NCBI GenBank assembly: GCA_025937235.1
Contig: JAICRU010000003.1
Coordinates: 2,119-66,118, forward strand
Source: Acidimicrobiia bacterium
GTDB lineage: Bacteria > Actinomycetota > Acidimicrobiia > Spongiisociales > ZC4RG35
Length of the DNA stretch: 64,000 nucleotides
Direction: 5' to 3'
The position numbers and the translations under genes are program-made. Under the pieces are notes generated by a model. It saw only the letters and a list, made by a program, of their open reading frames with translations, searched no databases and was not told the origin of the DNA. This document shows, piece by piece, positions 37,711 through 46,119 of this stretch; the first letter of the stretch is position 1, and every line of letters starts with the position of its first letter.

Positions 37711-38539
37711 AGGGGTGCTCGTGCTCTGCGCCACGCCCATCGGCAACCTGGCCGACGTCTCGGACCGATTGAGGGAGACGCTGGGGACCGTCGACGTGGT
37801 CTATGCCGAGGACACGAGACGTATCGCCATCCTCCTCAGGCACATCGGGGCATCCCCACCGGTGCGCTCGCTGTTCGCCGGAAACGAGGCGTCCCGCACC
37901 GCCGACCTCATGTCGGATCTGGATCGGGGACTGACCGTTGCGATCGTGAGCGACGCCGGCATGCCCACCATCTCCGACCCCGGTGGGAGAGCCGTGAGCC
38001 AGGCTCGTGAGATGGGCCATGCGGTGACGGTCGTCCCGGGCCCGTCGGCCGTCGTGGCCGCGATCGCCCTAGCCGGCTTTGGTGGCGACCGCTTCGTCTT
38101 CGAGGGGTTCCTGCCCCGAAAGGGCAGAGAGCGTGCCGAGCGCCTGTCCCGGATGGCGGCGGAGGATCGCCCTGTCGTGCTCTTCGTGAGCCCGCATCGT
38201 CTGGTCGGCGACCTCGAGTCGATCCGGCGCGTCACCGGACCGGATCGACCCCTCGCCGTCATACGTGAGCTGACCAAGCTCCACGAGGAGGTATGGACCG
38301 GCGGAATTGGAGAAGCGATCGAGCACTGGGCCGGCCGAGACATCAAGGGCGAACTGACCGTAGTGGTCGGCCCCGGGACGACCGAGCCGGTCTCAGCCGT
38401 CGCTGCTGTGGATGAGGCTCGGGGACTGGTTGCGGATGGGGCGACTCCCTCTGAGGCGGCCAGGAGGGTGGCGATGTCGACCGGGGTATCGCGTCGTGAG
38501 ATCTATGAGTCTCTGATCAGAGGTCAGGATCCCAGCTGA
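37703..38539 (+). CDS. rsmI: 16S rRNA (cytidine1402-2'-O)-methyltransferase
   Basis: LVLCATPIGNLADVSDRLRETL...VYAEDTRR...FEGFLPRKG. Confidence 0.92.
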   Translation: MPEGVLVLCATPIGNLADVSDRLRETLGTVDVVYAEDTRRIAILLRHIGASPPVRSLFAGNEASRTADLMSDLDRGLTVAIVSDAGMPTISDPGGRAVSQAREMGHAVTVVPGPSAVVAAIALAGFGGDRFVFEGFLPRKGRERAERLSRMAAEDRPVVLFVSPHRLVGDLESIRRVTGPDRPLAVIRELTKLHEEVWTGGIGEAIEHWAGRDIKGELTVVVGPGTTEPVSAVAAVDEARGLVADGATPSEAARRVAMSTGVSRREIYESLIRGQDPS

Positions 38540-38760
38540 GTCCGGCAGCTGGTGCAGATCCCCTTCCCCTTGAACTGGGTCACGTTGGTCTCGGATCCGC
38601 AGAAGGTGCACGTGTCGGTCAGCTTGCGGAGGACGATCGACCCTCCTTCGACTGCGATGAAAAGGTGATCGCCCTCGCGAATATTGAACAGCCTCCTGGT
38701 CTCGGCCGGAATGACGATTCGTCCCAGGTCGTCGATCTTGCGAGCGATACCAGAGTCCAT
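38524..38760 (-). CDS. AbrB/SpoVT-family DNA-binding protein with C-terminal CxxC-x14-CxxC zinc ribbon
   Basis: DDLGRIVIPAETRRLFNIREGD swapped-hairpin motif; CTFCG...CTSC. The 3' end overlaps the rsmI 3' end by 16 nt (convergent). Confidence 0.8.
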   Translation of the reverse strand: MDSGIARKIDDLGRIVIPAETRRLFNIREGDHLFIAVEGGSIVLRKLTDTCTFCGSETNVTQFKGKGICTSCRTQLGS

Positions 38761-38830
38761 GGATGTTCAGCCTCCCTGGGGCGAGCCTACCCACGCGGAC
38801 GACGACGGTGCGCCGGGTACCGTCCCGGCC

Positions 38831-39625
38831 ATGCGCTGGGTCGACACACACTGTCATCTCCAGCTCGATGAGCGACAGCCAGAGGTCCTGCTGGAAAGGG
38901 CGGCCAACGTCGACTGGGTGGTCGTTCCCGGGGTCGACCTCGATAGCTCGCGTGAGGCGGCCTTGCTCGCTGCCGCCTATCCGGGCAAGGTTCTTGCATC
39001 CGCCGGCCTCCACCCGCACGAGGCGGAGAGCTGGCCGTCTCAAGGAGATTCCATCGCCGAGCTCGCCGCCGGGGCGGCCGCCATCGGTGAGACCGGCCTC
39101 GACTTCTATCGCACGCTTTCCCCGCGTGCAGAGCAGATCCGGTCTTTTCGTCGGCAGATCAAGCTGGCCTCCGAACTGGGCAAGCCGATCATCGTCCACT
39201 GCAGGGATGCCTTTGCCGACGTCATCGGGCTTCTCGAGGAATCCGGGGTTGGGCGACAGACCGTCATGCATTGCTGGACGGGTGGTCCGAAGTGGACCCG
39301 TCGGTATCTCGACCTCGGTGTGACCTTCTCCTTTGCCGGCCCGGTGGCGTTCGAGACCGGGGACACCGTCAGACTGGGGGCTGCCGAGGTGCCACCAGAA
39401 CGCGCGCTCGTCGAGACCGACACCCCCTATCTGGCCCCACCACCGCATCGAGGAAAGCCCAACGAGCCGGCCTGGGTGGCGTTGGTCGGGGCGGCGCTGG
39501 GCCAGGTCTGGGGCATGGGCGTGGAGGAGGTGGCCGAGGTGACCACCAGCAATGCCGCCCGTGTGTTTCTCCCCCCGGACGGGGGACAAAGCGCTGAAGC
39601 CGGGGGAGGGGGGACCCTGTCATGA
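38831..39625 (+). CDS. tatD: TatD-family metal-dependent hydrolase/DNase
   Basis: MRWVDTHCHL, GETGLDFYR, VHCRDAF, ETDTPYLAP. The track ORF is 5'-extended to 38684. Confidence 0.9.
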   Translation: MRWVDTHCHLQLDERQPEVLLERAANVDWVVVPGVDLDSSREAALLAAAYPGKVLASAGLHPHEAESWPSQGDSIAELAAGAAAIGETGLDFYRTLSPRAEQIRSFRRQIKLASELGKPIIVHCRDAFADVIGLLEESGVGRQTVMHCWTGGPKWTRRYLDLGVTFSFAGPVAFETGDTVRLGAAEVPPERALVETDTPYLAPPPHRGKPNEPAWVALVGAALGQVWGMGVEEVAEVTTSNAARVFLPPDGGQSAEAGGGGTLS

Positions 39626-40425
39626 CCGCCCAGACCCGCTCCGAGATTGCCGGGCTGCTTTCCCGCCACGGTCTTTCCCCGTCGAGGCGCCTTGGTCAAC
39701 ACTTCCTGGCCGACGCAAACATCACCCGCAAGATCGTCGATCTCTCCGGGGTCGAGGCTGGAGATCAGGTGATCGAGGTCGGCGCCGGGACGGGAACCCT
39801 GACCCGTGCCCTGGCCGCCACCGGGGCCCGGGTGGTCGCTTATGAGGTGGACGCAGGGCTCCTCCCGGTCCTCGAGGAGGTCACCAGAGGGCTCCCCGTC
39901 GAGATCCGATCCCTCGACGTCACCGATGTCGACCTGGCAGCCGAGTTGGCCACCGGTCGCTGGGTGATGGTGGCAAACCTCCCCTACAACGTGGGGACGC
40001 CCCTCCTCATGGACGCCCTGCGTCGCGTGCCGCAGATCGAGCGATTCGTGGTGATGGTCCAGAGGGAGGTGGCAGAGCGTCTGGTGGCGAGGCCGGGGAG
40101 CAGGCAGTACGGCCTTCCCTCGGTGACCGTGACGATCTACGCCCGGGCCCTCCTCGCGTTCCGGGTCCCCGCCCAGGTGTTCTACCCCGCCCCGAACGTC
40201 GAGTCCGCGGTGATCGTCCTCGACCGTCTCCCCGCACCAGCCGAGTCCGAGCGCGCCGTTCAGATTGCGGCCGCCGCCTTCAACCAGAGACGCAAGATGC
40301 TGCGCGGATCGCTGGCGGCGGTGCTGGATGATCCGAATGCTGTCTTGGAGAGCATCGGGATCGATCCCACGTCGAGAGCGGAGGATCTCGCACCAGACGA
40401 CTACCTGGCGCTGGCCCGGGCGTGA
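39622..40425 (+). CDS. rsmA: 16S rRNA (adenine1518/1519-N6)-dimethyltransferase
   Basis: LGQHFL, SAM motif EVGAGTGTLT, NLPYNVGTP. Confidence 0.93.
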   Translation: MTAQTRSEIAGLLSRHGLSPSRRLGQHFLADANITRKIVDLSGVEAGDQVIEVGAGTGTLTRALAATGARVVAYEVDAGLLPVLEEVTRGLPVEIRSLDVTDVDLAAELATGRWVMVANLPYNVGTPLLMDALRRVPQIERFVVMVQREVAERLVARPGSRQYGLPSVTVTIYARALLAFRVPAQVFYPAPNVESAVIVLDRLPAPAESERAVQIAAAAFNQRRKMLRGSLAAVLDDPNAVLESIGIDPTSRAEDLAPDDYLALARA

Positions 40426-41267
40426 CCGTCTACGAGTCGCCTGCCAAGCTGAATCTATCGCTGCTGGTGCAGCCTCCTCGTCCTGATGGCTTTCACCCAA
40501 TCGAATCCCTGGTGCAGACCATCGAGTGGATCGACGTGCTGGTGGTTGAGGAGGCGGAGGAGGACTCGGTAGTCATCGAAGGCGAAGACATCGATCCCGA
40601 CGACAACCTGGTGGTTCGGGCGATGCGAGCAATCCGGAGCCAGGGCGCGGTCCCCCGTCTCGAGATTCGCCTCGACAAACAGATCCCCACCGGTGCCGGG
40701 CTGGGTGGGGGCAGCTCCAACGCGGCGGCAACACTCCTGGCCGCAGCCGAGGCAGGGAGTCTGCCCGAGTTTTCCCCCGGCGCGGCCGCTCCAACGGTAG
40801 GGGCCGACGTCGCCCTTTTCCTGGTTGGGGGGACCCTGATGGTGACCGGGATCGGCGAGGTGGTGGAGCCGATGAAGCCTCCGTTGTCGGGCTTCGCTGT
40901 GGCGGTTGCCGTCCCTCCCTTCGAGATGTCGACTGTCGAGGTCTACAGACGCTGGGATCTGATGGAAGGACCGGTGGGCGAGGTGATCGATGGACGGCGT
41001 CTTCCACCCGCCCTTCGGGAAGGGATCCCGGTTCGCAACGATCTCACCCGGGCCGCCATCGACATCGAGCCGACCCTGTCCGATTTCATGGCCGACCTCC
41101 GCTCCAACTGGGGAGTGCCGGTGGCCATGACGGGGTCGGGTTCCGGATGCTTCGGCCTCTTTGTCGACCTTGAAGAGGCCGAAGATGCCGCCAAATCGAT
41201 CTCTGCGATGTGCCGCGCCGCGCTCGGCGTCGAGCTGCGTCCGGATGGAGTGGCACGGAGGGACTGA
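40422..41267 (+). CDS. ispE: 4-diphosphocytidyl-2-C-methyl-D-erythritol kinase
   Basis: PAKLNLSLLV; GHMP motif PTGAGLGGGSSNAAA. Confidence 0.92.
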   Translation: MTVYESPAKLNLSLLVQPPRPDGFHPIESLVQTIEWIDVLVVEEAEEDSVVIEGEDIDPDDNLVVRAMRAIRSQGAVPRLEIRLDKQIPTGAGLGGGSSNAAATLLAAAEAGSLPEFSPGAAAPTVGADVALFLVGGTLMVTGIGEVVEPMKPPLSGFAVAVAVPPFEMSTVEVYRRWDLMEGPVGEVIDGRRLPPALREGIPVRNDLTRAAIDIEPTLSDFMADLRSNWGVPVAMTGSGSGCFGLFVDLEEAEDAAKSISAMCRAALGVELRPDGVARRD

Positions 41268-41307
41268 CCCAAGACGTCCTGCGTCGTCACCATCCTTGAA
41301 GTCCGTA

Positions 41308-42402
41308 TCAGGAGTGCAGTCGCCGCACCTGGTCCTCGTCAACCTCCACGCCGAGCCCGGGAGTGGTGGGGATGTTGAACGTGCCATGGTTTGGGGTGAT
41401 CGGAGATTCGGTGACGTCCAGTACGACACCTTGGTTGGCCGGGCTGCACCCATAGGCGATCCTGTCCATCGCGGCGGCGCAGTGGAGGTTGGCCGCAGCC
41501 GAAACGCTCGACTCGATCACCTTCCCGGCCAGGTTTATCTCGAGACCGGTGACGGCACAGATCGCCGCACCCCTCATCACCCCCGTCATCCCGCCATGTT
41601 TGATCAGCTTGAGGCTCACTCCTCCCACCTCGGTACCGGCGAACTCGGCGACCGCGGCCAAGCTGCCGGCGCTCTCGTCGGCGCACAACGCCACCGGCGA
41701 GCCGGCGGCCAGCCTCAACAGGGCGTCGCGATCAGAGCGAGGGACGGGCTGTTCGATGAATCGGACCCGCATCCCGTCGACCCGTCGCAGGAAGCCCCGC
41801 GCAGTCTCCTCGTCCCAGCCCTCGTTCACATCGCCACAGACCACCCCGTCGTCTCCGACCAGCTCCGACGCACTGGCCAAGGTGGCCATCTCTGACTCCG
41901 CGTCGGCCATGCCGAGCTTTATCTTGAACCAGCGGTAGCCCTCGTCATACCTCGCAGTCAGCTTGTCCGCATCCGACGACGGATCGCCACTTCCCACCAG
42001 AGTCAGGGCGGGCACCGTGTCTCTGACCCGGCCGCCTAGGAGCTGGTGGGCCGGCACACCGAGGGCCTTCCCGGCGAGATCGTGGGCGGCGATGTCGATC
42101 GCACCGATGGCGGTCTTTGCCTTCGGCATGACCCCGGTCATCGCATTCCACAGAGCTGATCGTCGCATCGGGTCGGCTCCGATCACCAGCGGGGTCAGCT
42201 GCTCGAGGTCGGCGACGATGTCGGCCTGTTCTTGGCGGGTCAGTGCCGGTGCCTCTACCCCCTCACCCCACCCGGTCATCCCGTCATCGGTGACCAGCTT
42301 CACCAACACATTCCCGGTGCGCTCTATCACTCCGTTCGACATCGGGATCGGGGTGCGGAGCGTCATCGTGATCGGGTGGATCTCCATCCTCTCGATGCGC
42401 AC
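41308..42402 (-). CDS. Enolase-superfamily enzyme, muconate-lactonizing/dipeptide-epimerase (MLE) subgroup
   Basis: KxK FKIKLG; metal ligands GDVNEGW, IEQP, ADES; second base LKLIKHGG. Confidence 0.85.
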   Translation of the reverse strand: MRIERMEIHPITMTLRTPIPMSNGVIERTGNVLVKLVTDDGMTGWGEGVEAPALTRQEQADIVADLEQLTPLVIGADPMRRSALWNAMTGVMPKAKTAIGAIDIAAHDLAGKALGVPAHQLLGGRVRDTVPALTLVGSGDPSSDADKLTARYDEGYRWFKIKLGMADAESEMATLASASELVGDDGVVCGDVNEGWDEETARGFLRRVDGMRVRFIEQPVPRSDRDALLRLAAGSPVALCADESAGSLAAVAEFAGTEVGGVSLKLIKHGGMTGVMRGAAICAVTGLEINLAGKVIESSVSAAANLHCAAAMDRIAYGCSPANQGVVLDVTESPITPNHGTFNIPTTPGLGVEVDEDQVRRLHS

Positions 42403-42410
42403 GATGTCCC

Positions 42411-43496
42411 CTACACCGCAAAGCGGGTCATGGCTTCGGGGGTGAGCTCCACACCGTGGCCAGGGACGTCGGGCACCTCGATACTTCCCTCGACCACCTC
42501 GAAGGGCCGGGTCAGGGCATCCGGCGGGATGAGCTCGGCATACTCGACCATGAAACCGGCACGGCTGGCGCCGACCAGGCTGATGGAGAGCTCATGCCAG
42601 AGATGGCTGCTCAGGGCGAGGTTGTATGACTCGGCGAGGTGGGCGACCTTGGTGAACTCGCTGATCCCGCCGCATCGCCCCACGTCGGGCTGGAGATAGG
42701 CGGCTGCGCGCCGGTCGCAGATCTCCCGGAACCCCCAGCCGAAGTAGACGTTCTCGCCGGTAGCCACCGGCACCGGCGAAGTGGCAGCGACCTCGGCGAG
42801 GTCGTCGCTGCTGTCAGCCAGGACCGGTTCCTCGATCCAAGAGATTCCGTAGTCGGCCAGCATGCGCGCCGTCTCCAGCGCCTCGGTCACAGTGAATCGC
42901 TGGTTGGCATCGGCGAAGAGGGTGAATTCGTCTCCCATCTCCCTGCGGAGCAACCCGGTCCGCTCCCGGTCCCGCCGACTTCCGATCTTGTACTTGTAGG
43001 CGCCGATCCCCTGCTTGGCGAAGTCCTGGCATTCGGCCACGAGGTCGTCGTCGTCGAGACTGTGCCAGCCACCGCTCCCGTAGACAGGGACGTCTGTCTC
43101 GAACCCGCCGAGAAGCCGGTGAAGGGGGAGCCCCGCGGCCTTGCCCATCAGGTCCCAGCAGGCGATGTCCACCGCCGAGAGAGCCCAGACCCCGATCCCG
43201 GCCCGCATCCTCGGCTTGTTCGGGCTCCACATCCTCTCCCATATCCGGGCGGGCGCCAGGGCATCCATGCCCACGATGACCGAGGCGAGCTCGGAGTCGA
43301 TGTACGGCTTGATGGCGACGCCGGCCATCCCACCGAGCCCGGCGGTGATGCCGAAACCGGTCAGGCCGCCGTCGGTGCGCACGGTGACCGCCGTCGCATC
43401 GACGTGGGTATATGTGGAGAGAGCGGTGGTGATAGGCGTCGACAGTGGGAAACGGAGAGCCGTCGTCTCCACCGCATCGATGGTCGTGTCGGCCAC
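42411..43496 (-). CDS. Enolase-superfamily enzyme, mandelate-racemase/acid-sugar-dehydratase (MR) subgroup
   Basis: KxK YKYKIG; ADANQ, IEEP, TGEN; His-Asp region SSHLWHE. The start is uncertain between GTG 43496 and GTG 43520. The track start at 43601 overlaps ligB. Confidence 0.82.
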   Translation of the reverse strand: MADTTIDAVETTALRFPLSTPITTALSTYTHVDATAVTVRTDGGLTGFGITAGLGGMAGVAIKPYIDSELASVIVGMDALAPARIWERMWSPNKPRMRAGIGVWALSAVDIACWDLMGKAAGLPLHRLLGGFETDVPVYGSGGWHSLDDDDLVAECQDFAKQGIGAYKYKIGSRRDRERTGLLRREMGDEFTLFADANQRFTVTEALETARMLADYGISWIEEPVLADSSDDLAEVAATSPVPVATGENVYFGWGFREICDRRAAAYLQPDVGRCGGISEFTKVAHLAESYNLALSSHLWHELSISLVGASRAGFMVEYAELIPPDALTRPFEVVEGSIEVPDVPGHGVELTPEAMTRFAV

Positions 43497-43538
43497 CCTT
43501 TGATGATATGCGGTCCCCACGAGGGTTACTGTCCCCCG

Positions 43539-44381
43539 ATGGCGGAGATCGTCGGGGTCCTCGGGGTGAGCCACAACCCGTTGATGTGGTCTGCCTTGCA
43601 TCGTGGTCCCGGCACCGGTCTCGAGTCGGTCGCCGAGGGCTTCGAGCGTCTCCGGGCCCGTGTCGTCGATCTCGCCCCTGAGGTGCTGGTGATGATCGCC
43701 TCAGATCATTTCCACATGACGATGACCGACAACATGCCGGCGTTCATGATCGGGAAGGCCCACGAGATGCGAGCCGGCTTCCCCAGTGAGAGAAGAGTCT
43801 TCGGCCTGGAGCCTGCAGTCGTGGCGGGCGATCACCGTCTCGCCTCCCACCTGCTCGGCGGCGAAGATCTGAGCGATGAGATCGACTTCTCATTCAGCGA
43901 CGAGCCCAAGCTGGACCATTCCTTCCTGGTCCCTCTCCTCCTGCTCAACCCGGCCCTGAACCTCCCACTTGTGCCCGTCTTCACCAACTGCAACGCCCCG
44001 CCCATCCCGACGGCACGGCGCTTTGCCCGCCTCGGCTCCTATCTGGCCCGGTCTATCGAGAGATTCCCCGACTCGCGGCGCGTGCTCGTGGTGGGGAGCG
44101 GTCATCTCGCCCTCGAGCTCGGTGGCCCCCGCCAGTTCCTCGGTACCAGCCCCGACCCCGAGTTCGATGCCCGCGCCGTGTCCTGGGTCACCCGGGGCGA
44201 GATCGATCAGGCCGTGGCTGGGGCCCGCTTCGGAGATCTCCTCGAGGTGGGGAACGAGACGTTCCAATTCCTCAACTTCATCGCATGCATGGCGGTAGCC
44301 GGTGGGCGCCCGGCAGAAGCGGCCGAGGCCGTTCCCACGAGGTTCGGCAACCTGCCCTTCTTCGAGTGGAAGACCAGATGA
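43539..44381 (+). CDS. Class III extradiol ring-cleavage dioxygenase, LigB (beta/catalytic) subunit-like
   Basis: From MAEIVGVLGVSHNP. ASDHFH, VVGSGHL and GNETFQF line up with LigB Fe and catalytic residues. The track ORF is 5'-extended to 42639. Confidence 0.82.
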   Translation: MAEIVGVLGVSHNPLMWSALHRGPGTGLESVAEGFERLRARVVDLAPEVLVMIASDHFHMTMTDNMPAFMIGKAHEMRAGFPSERRVFGLEPAVVAGDHRLASHLLGGEDLSDEIDFSFSDEPKLDHSFLVPLLLLNPALNLPLVPVFTNCNAPPIPTARRFARLGSYLARSIERFPDSRRVLVVGSGHLALELGGPRQFLGTSPDPEFDARAVSWVTRGEIDQAVAGARFGDLLEVGNETFQFLNFIACMAVAGGRPAEAAEAVPTRFGNLPFFEWKTR

Positions 44382-44689
44382 GCCGCTATTTGGTCAACAG
44401 GATCATGTGGGAGGTCGACCAGGACGATTCGACGCTGGCCGCCTTCAAGGAGAGCCCGGAGAGGTTCGTCGACGACTGGGAGCCTGCGGTGGGGACTCTC
44501 GAGTCGCATGAGCGTCAAGCCTTGAAACGCCGGGATTACGGGGCGTTGTACGCCATGGGCTCCAATCCCTATCTCCTCTGGCAGTTCGCCCGGTCGGTGT
44601 CGGTGCCGGACGAGTTGACGGTGGAGGAGCTCATCGTCGACTTCCGTGAGCAGGTCGCGCCCCATCCCCGCCCCGATTTCTTCACGTAG
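44378..44689 (+). CDS. LigA (alpha) subunit-like protein of class III extradiol dioxygenase
   Basis: 103 aa. MSRYLVNRIMWEV...RRDYGALYAMGSNPYLLWQF. ATGA overlap with ligB-like. Confidence 0.7.
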   Translation: MSRYLVNRIMWEVDQDDSTLAAFKESPERFVDDWEPAVGTLESHERQALKRRDYGALYAMGSNPYLLWQFARSVSVPDELTVEELIVDFREQVAPHPRPDFFT

Positions 44690-44837
44690 CGAGGCGGCGC
44701 GGTTCTGGAGATCGGTTCGGGCCGATGCCATCGCCTGCCTCGGTGGCACCGACGATGAGACCTCGAGGACCACCCACATCATGGCCGGATCGCAGGGATG
44801 GTTAGCCTGCCCATCCTGAGCGAGCGCAGGAGGGATC

Positions 44838-45620
44838 GTGGAACTCGAGGGCAAGGTCGCGGTGGTCACGGGCGGGAGCCGGGGAATCGGGAAAGCCATA
44901 GCCCGGCGTCTGGCCGAGGAAGGCGCCGATCTGGTGATCTCGGCCCGGACCGCGCAGACCCTGGAGAAGACGGCCACTGAGATCGCCGAGGCCACCGGGA
45001 GGCGGGCAGAGCCGGTAGCCGCCGACCTCTCCACTCTCGACGGCTGCGAGCTCTTGCATCGGCAGGCGACGGAGGCCTTCGACCACATCGACATCCTGGT
45101 CAACTGTGCGGGGGCCACCAAGAGCGGCCCTTTCGTCGAACTCTCCGACCAGACCTGGCAGGAAGGCTTCGACCTGAAATTCTTCGGCGCTGTCCGGTTG
45201 TCCCGTCTCTTCTGGCCTCAGCTGGTTGCCACCCATGGCTCCGTGATCAACATCGTCGGCGGCATGGCCCGGACCCCGAACCCCAACTTCGCCATCGGTG
45301 GAGCGGTCAACTCCGCCCTGGCCAACTTCAGCAAGGCGCTTGCCGGGCAGGGCCTTGTCGACGATGTGAACGTCAACACGATCCATCCCGGTCAGGTGCA
45401 GACGGAGCGTCTCACCGAGATGATGGCGGATCAGGCCGCCGCCCAGGGGAAGACACCGGAGGAGATGCTGGCCGAGACCATCCAACGTCAGGGGATCCGG
45501 AGGTTGGGTAGGACCGAGGACGTCGCCGAGCTGGCCGTCTTCCTCTGTCTTCCCCGAGCACGTCACATCCAGGGGACCTCGATCTCGGTGGACGGCGGCG
45601 GCACCAAAGGGCTCTTCTGA
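44838..45620 (+). CDS. SDR-fold protein with non-canonical catalytic positions
   Basis: Rossmann TGGSRGIG and NCAG are present. Where Ser...YxxxK is expected, the sequence reads NIVGGMARTPNPNFAIGGAVNSAL. AGGAGGGA SD. Confidence 0.8.
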   Translation: MELEGKVAVVTGGSRGIGKAIARRLAEEGADLVISARTAQTLEKTATEIAEATGRRAEPVAADLSTLDGCELLHRQATEAFDHIDILVNCAGATKSGPFVELSDQTWQEGFDLKFFGAVRLSRLFWPQLVATHGSVINIVGGMARTPNPNFAIGGAVNSALANFSKALAGQGLVDDVNVNTIHPGQVQTERLTEMMADQAAAQGKTPEEMLAETIQRQGIRRLGRTEDVAELAVFLCLPRARHIQGTSISVDGGGTKGLF

Positions 45621-45628
45621 CCCTATCT

Positions 45629-45649
45629 GTCGCCTCCCCGCTAGGCGAC
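45629..45649. terminator. Hairpin GTCGCC-n9-GGCGAC between convergent SDR and cupin genes
   Basis: 6-bp stem read from sequence. No U-tract. Confidence 0.2.
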
Positions 45650-45650
45650 G

Positions 45651-46040
45651 TCAGTGCTCGGAGGCGTCGGCCTCCGCCTTGGTCCTGTGCACCGTACCGT
45701 CGGGATGCTCCGGGGGTGAGTACAGCGAGTAGAGCTTGACCTCGTCTTCGCCGATGTTGACCAGGTTGTGCCAGACCCCGGCAGGGACGATCACCGCCCA
45801 GCCGTCCTCCACCTCGTGGGTCTCGTCCACTGATTCGCCGCTCCGACCGAACTCGACCCTGGCCCTGCCCTGCTCGAGCCGGAGGAACTGGTCCCGGTCT
45901 TCGTGGGTCTCCCAGCCGATCTCCTCTCCGGGATGGAGTGCCATGACGGTGAGTTGGGCGTGCTGCCCGGTGAAGAGAACGGTGCGGAACGTCGAGTTGT
46001 CGAGCGTCGCCTGCGCTATGTCGTCCAACCAGCCCAGCAT
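45651..46040 (-). CDS. Cupin-domain protein
   Basis: From MLGWLDD (AAGGGGTG SD). HPGEEIGWETHEDRDQF...VIVPAGVWHNLVN. Confidence 0.78.
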   Translation of the reverse strand: MLGWLDDIAQATLDNSTFRTVLFTGQHAQLTVMALHPGEEIGWETHEDRDQFLRLEQGRARVEFGRSGESVDETHEVEDGWAVIVPAGVWHNLVNIGEDEVKLYSLYSPPEHPDGTVHRTKAEADASEH

Positions 46041-46119
46041 CGTCACCCCTTTGTCGGCTCGAGGCGAGCCTATCGCGTACCCGCCTGGGCGCATCGTGCA
46101 ACATATAGAATCCGGCGTC

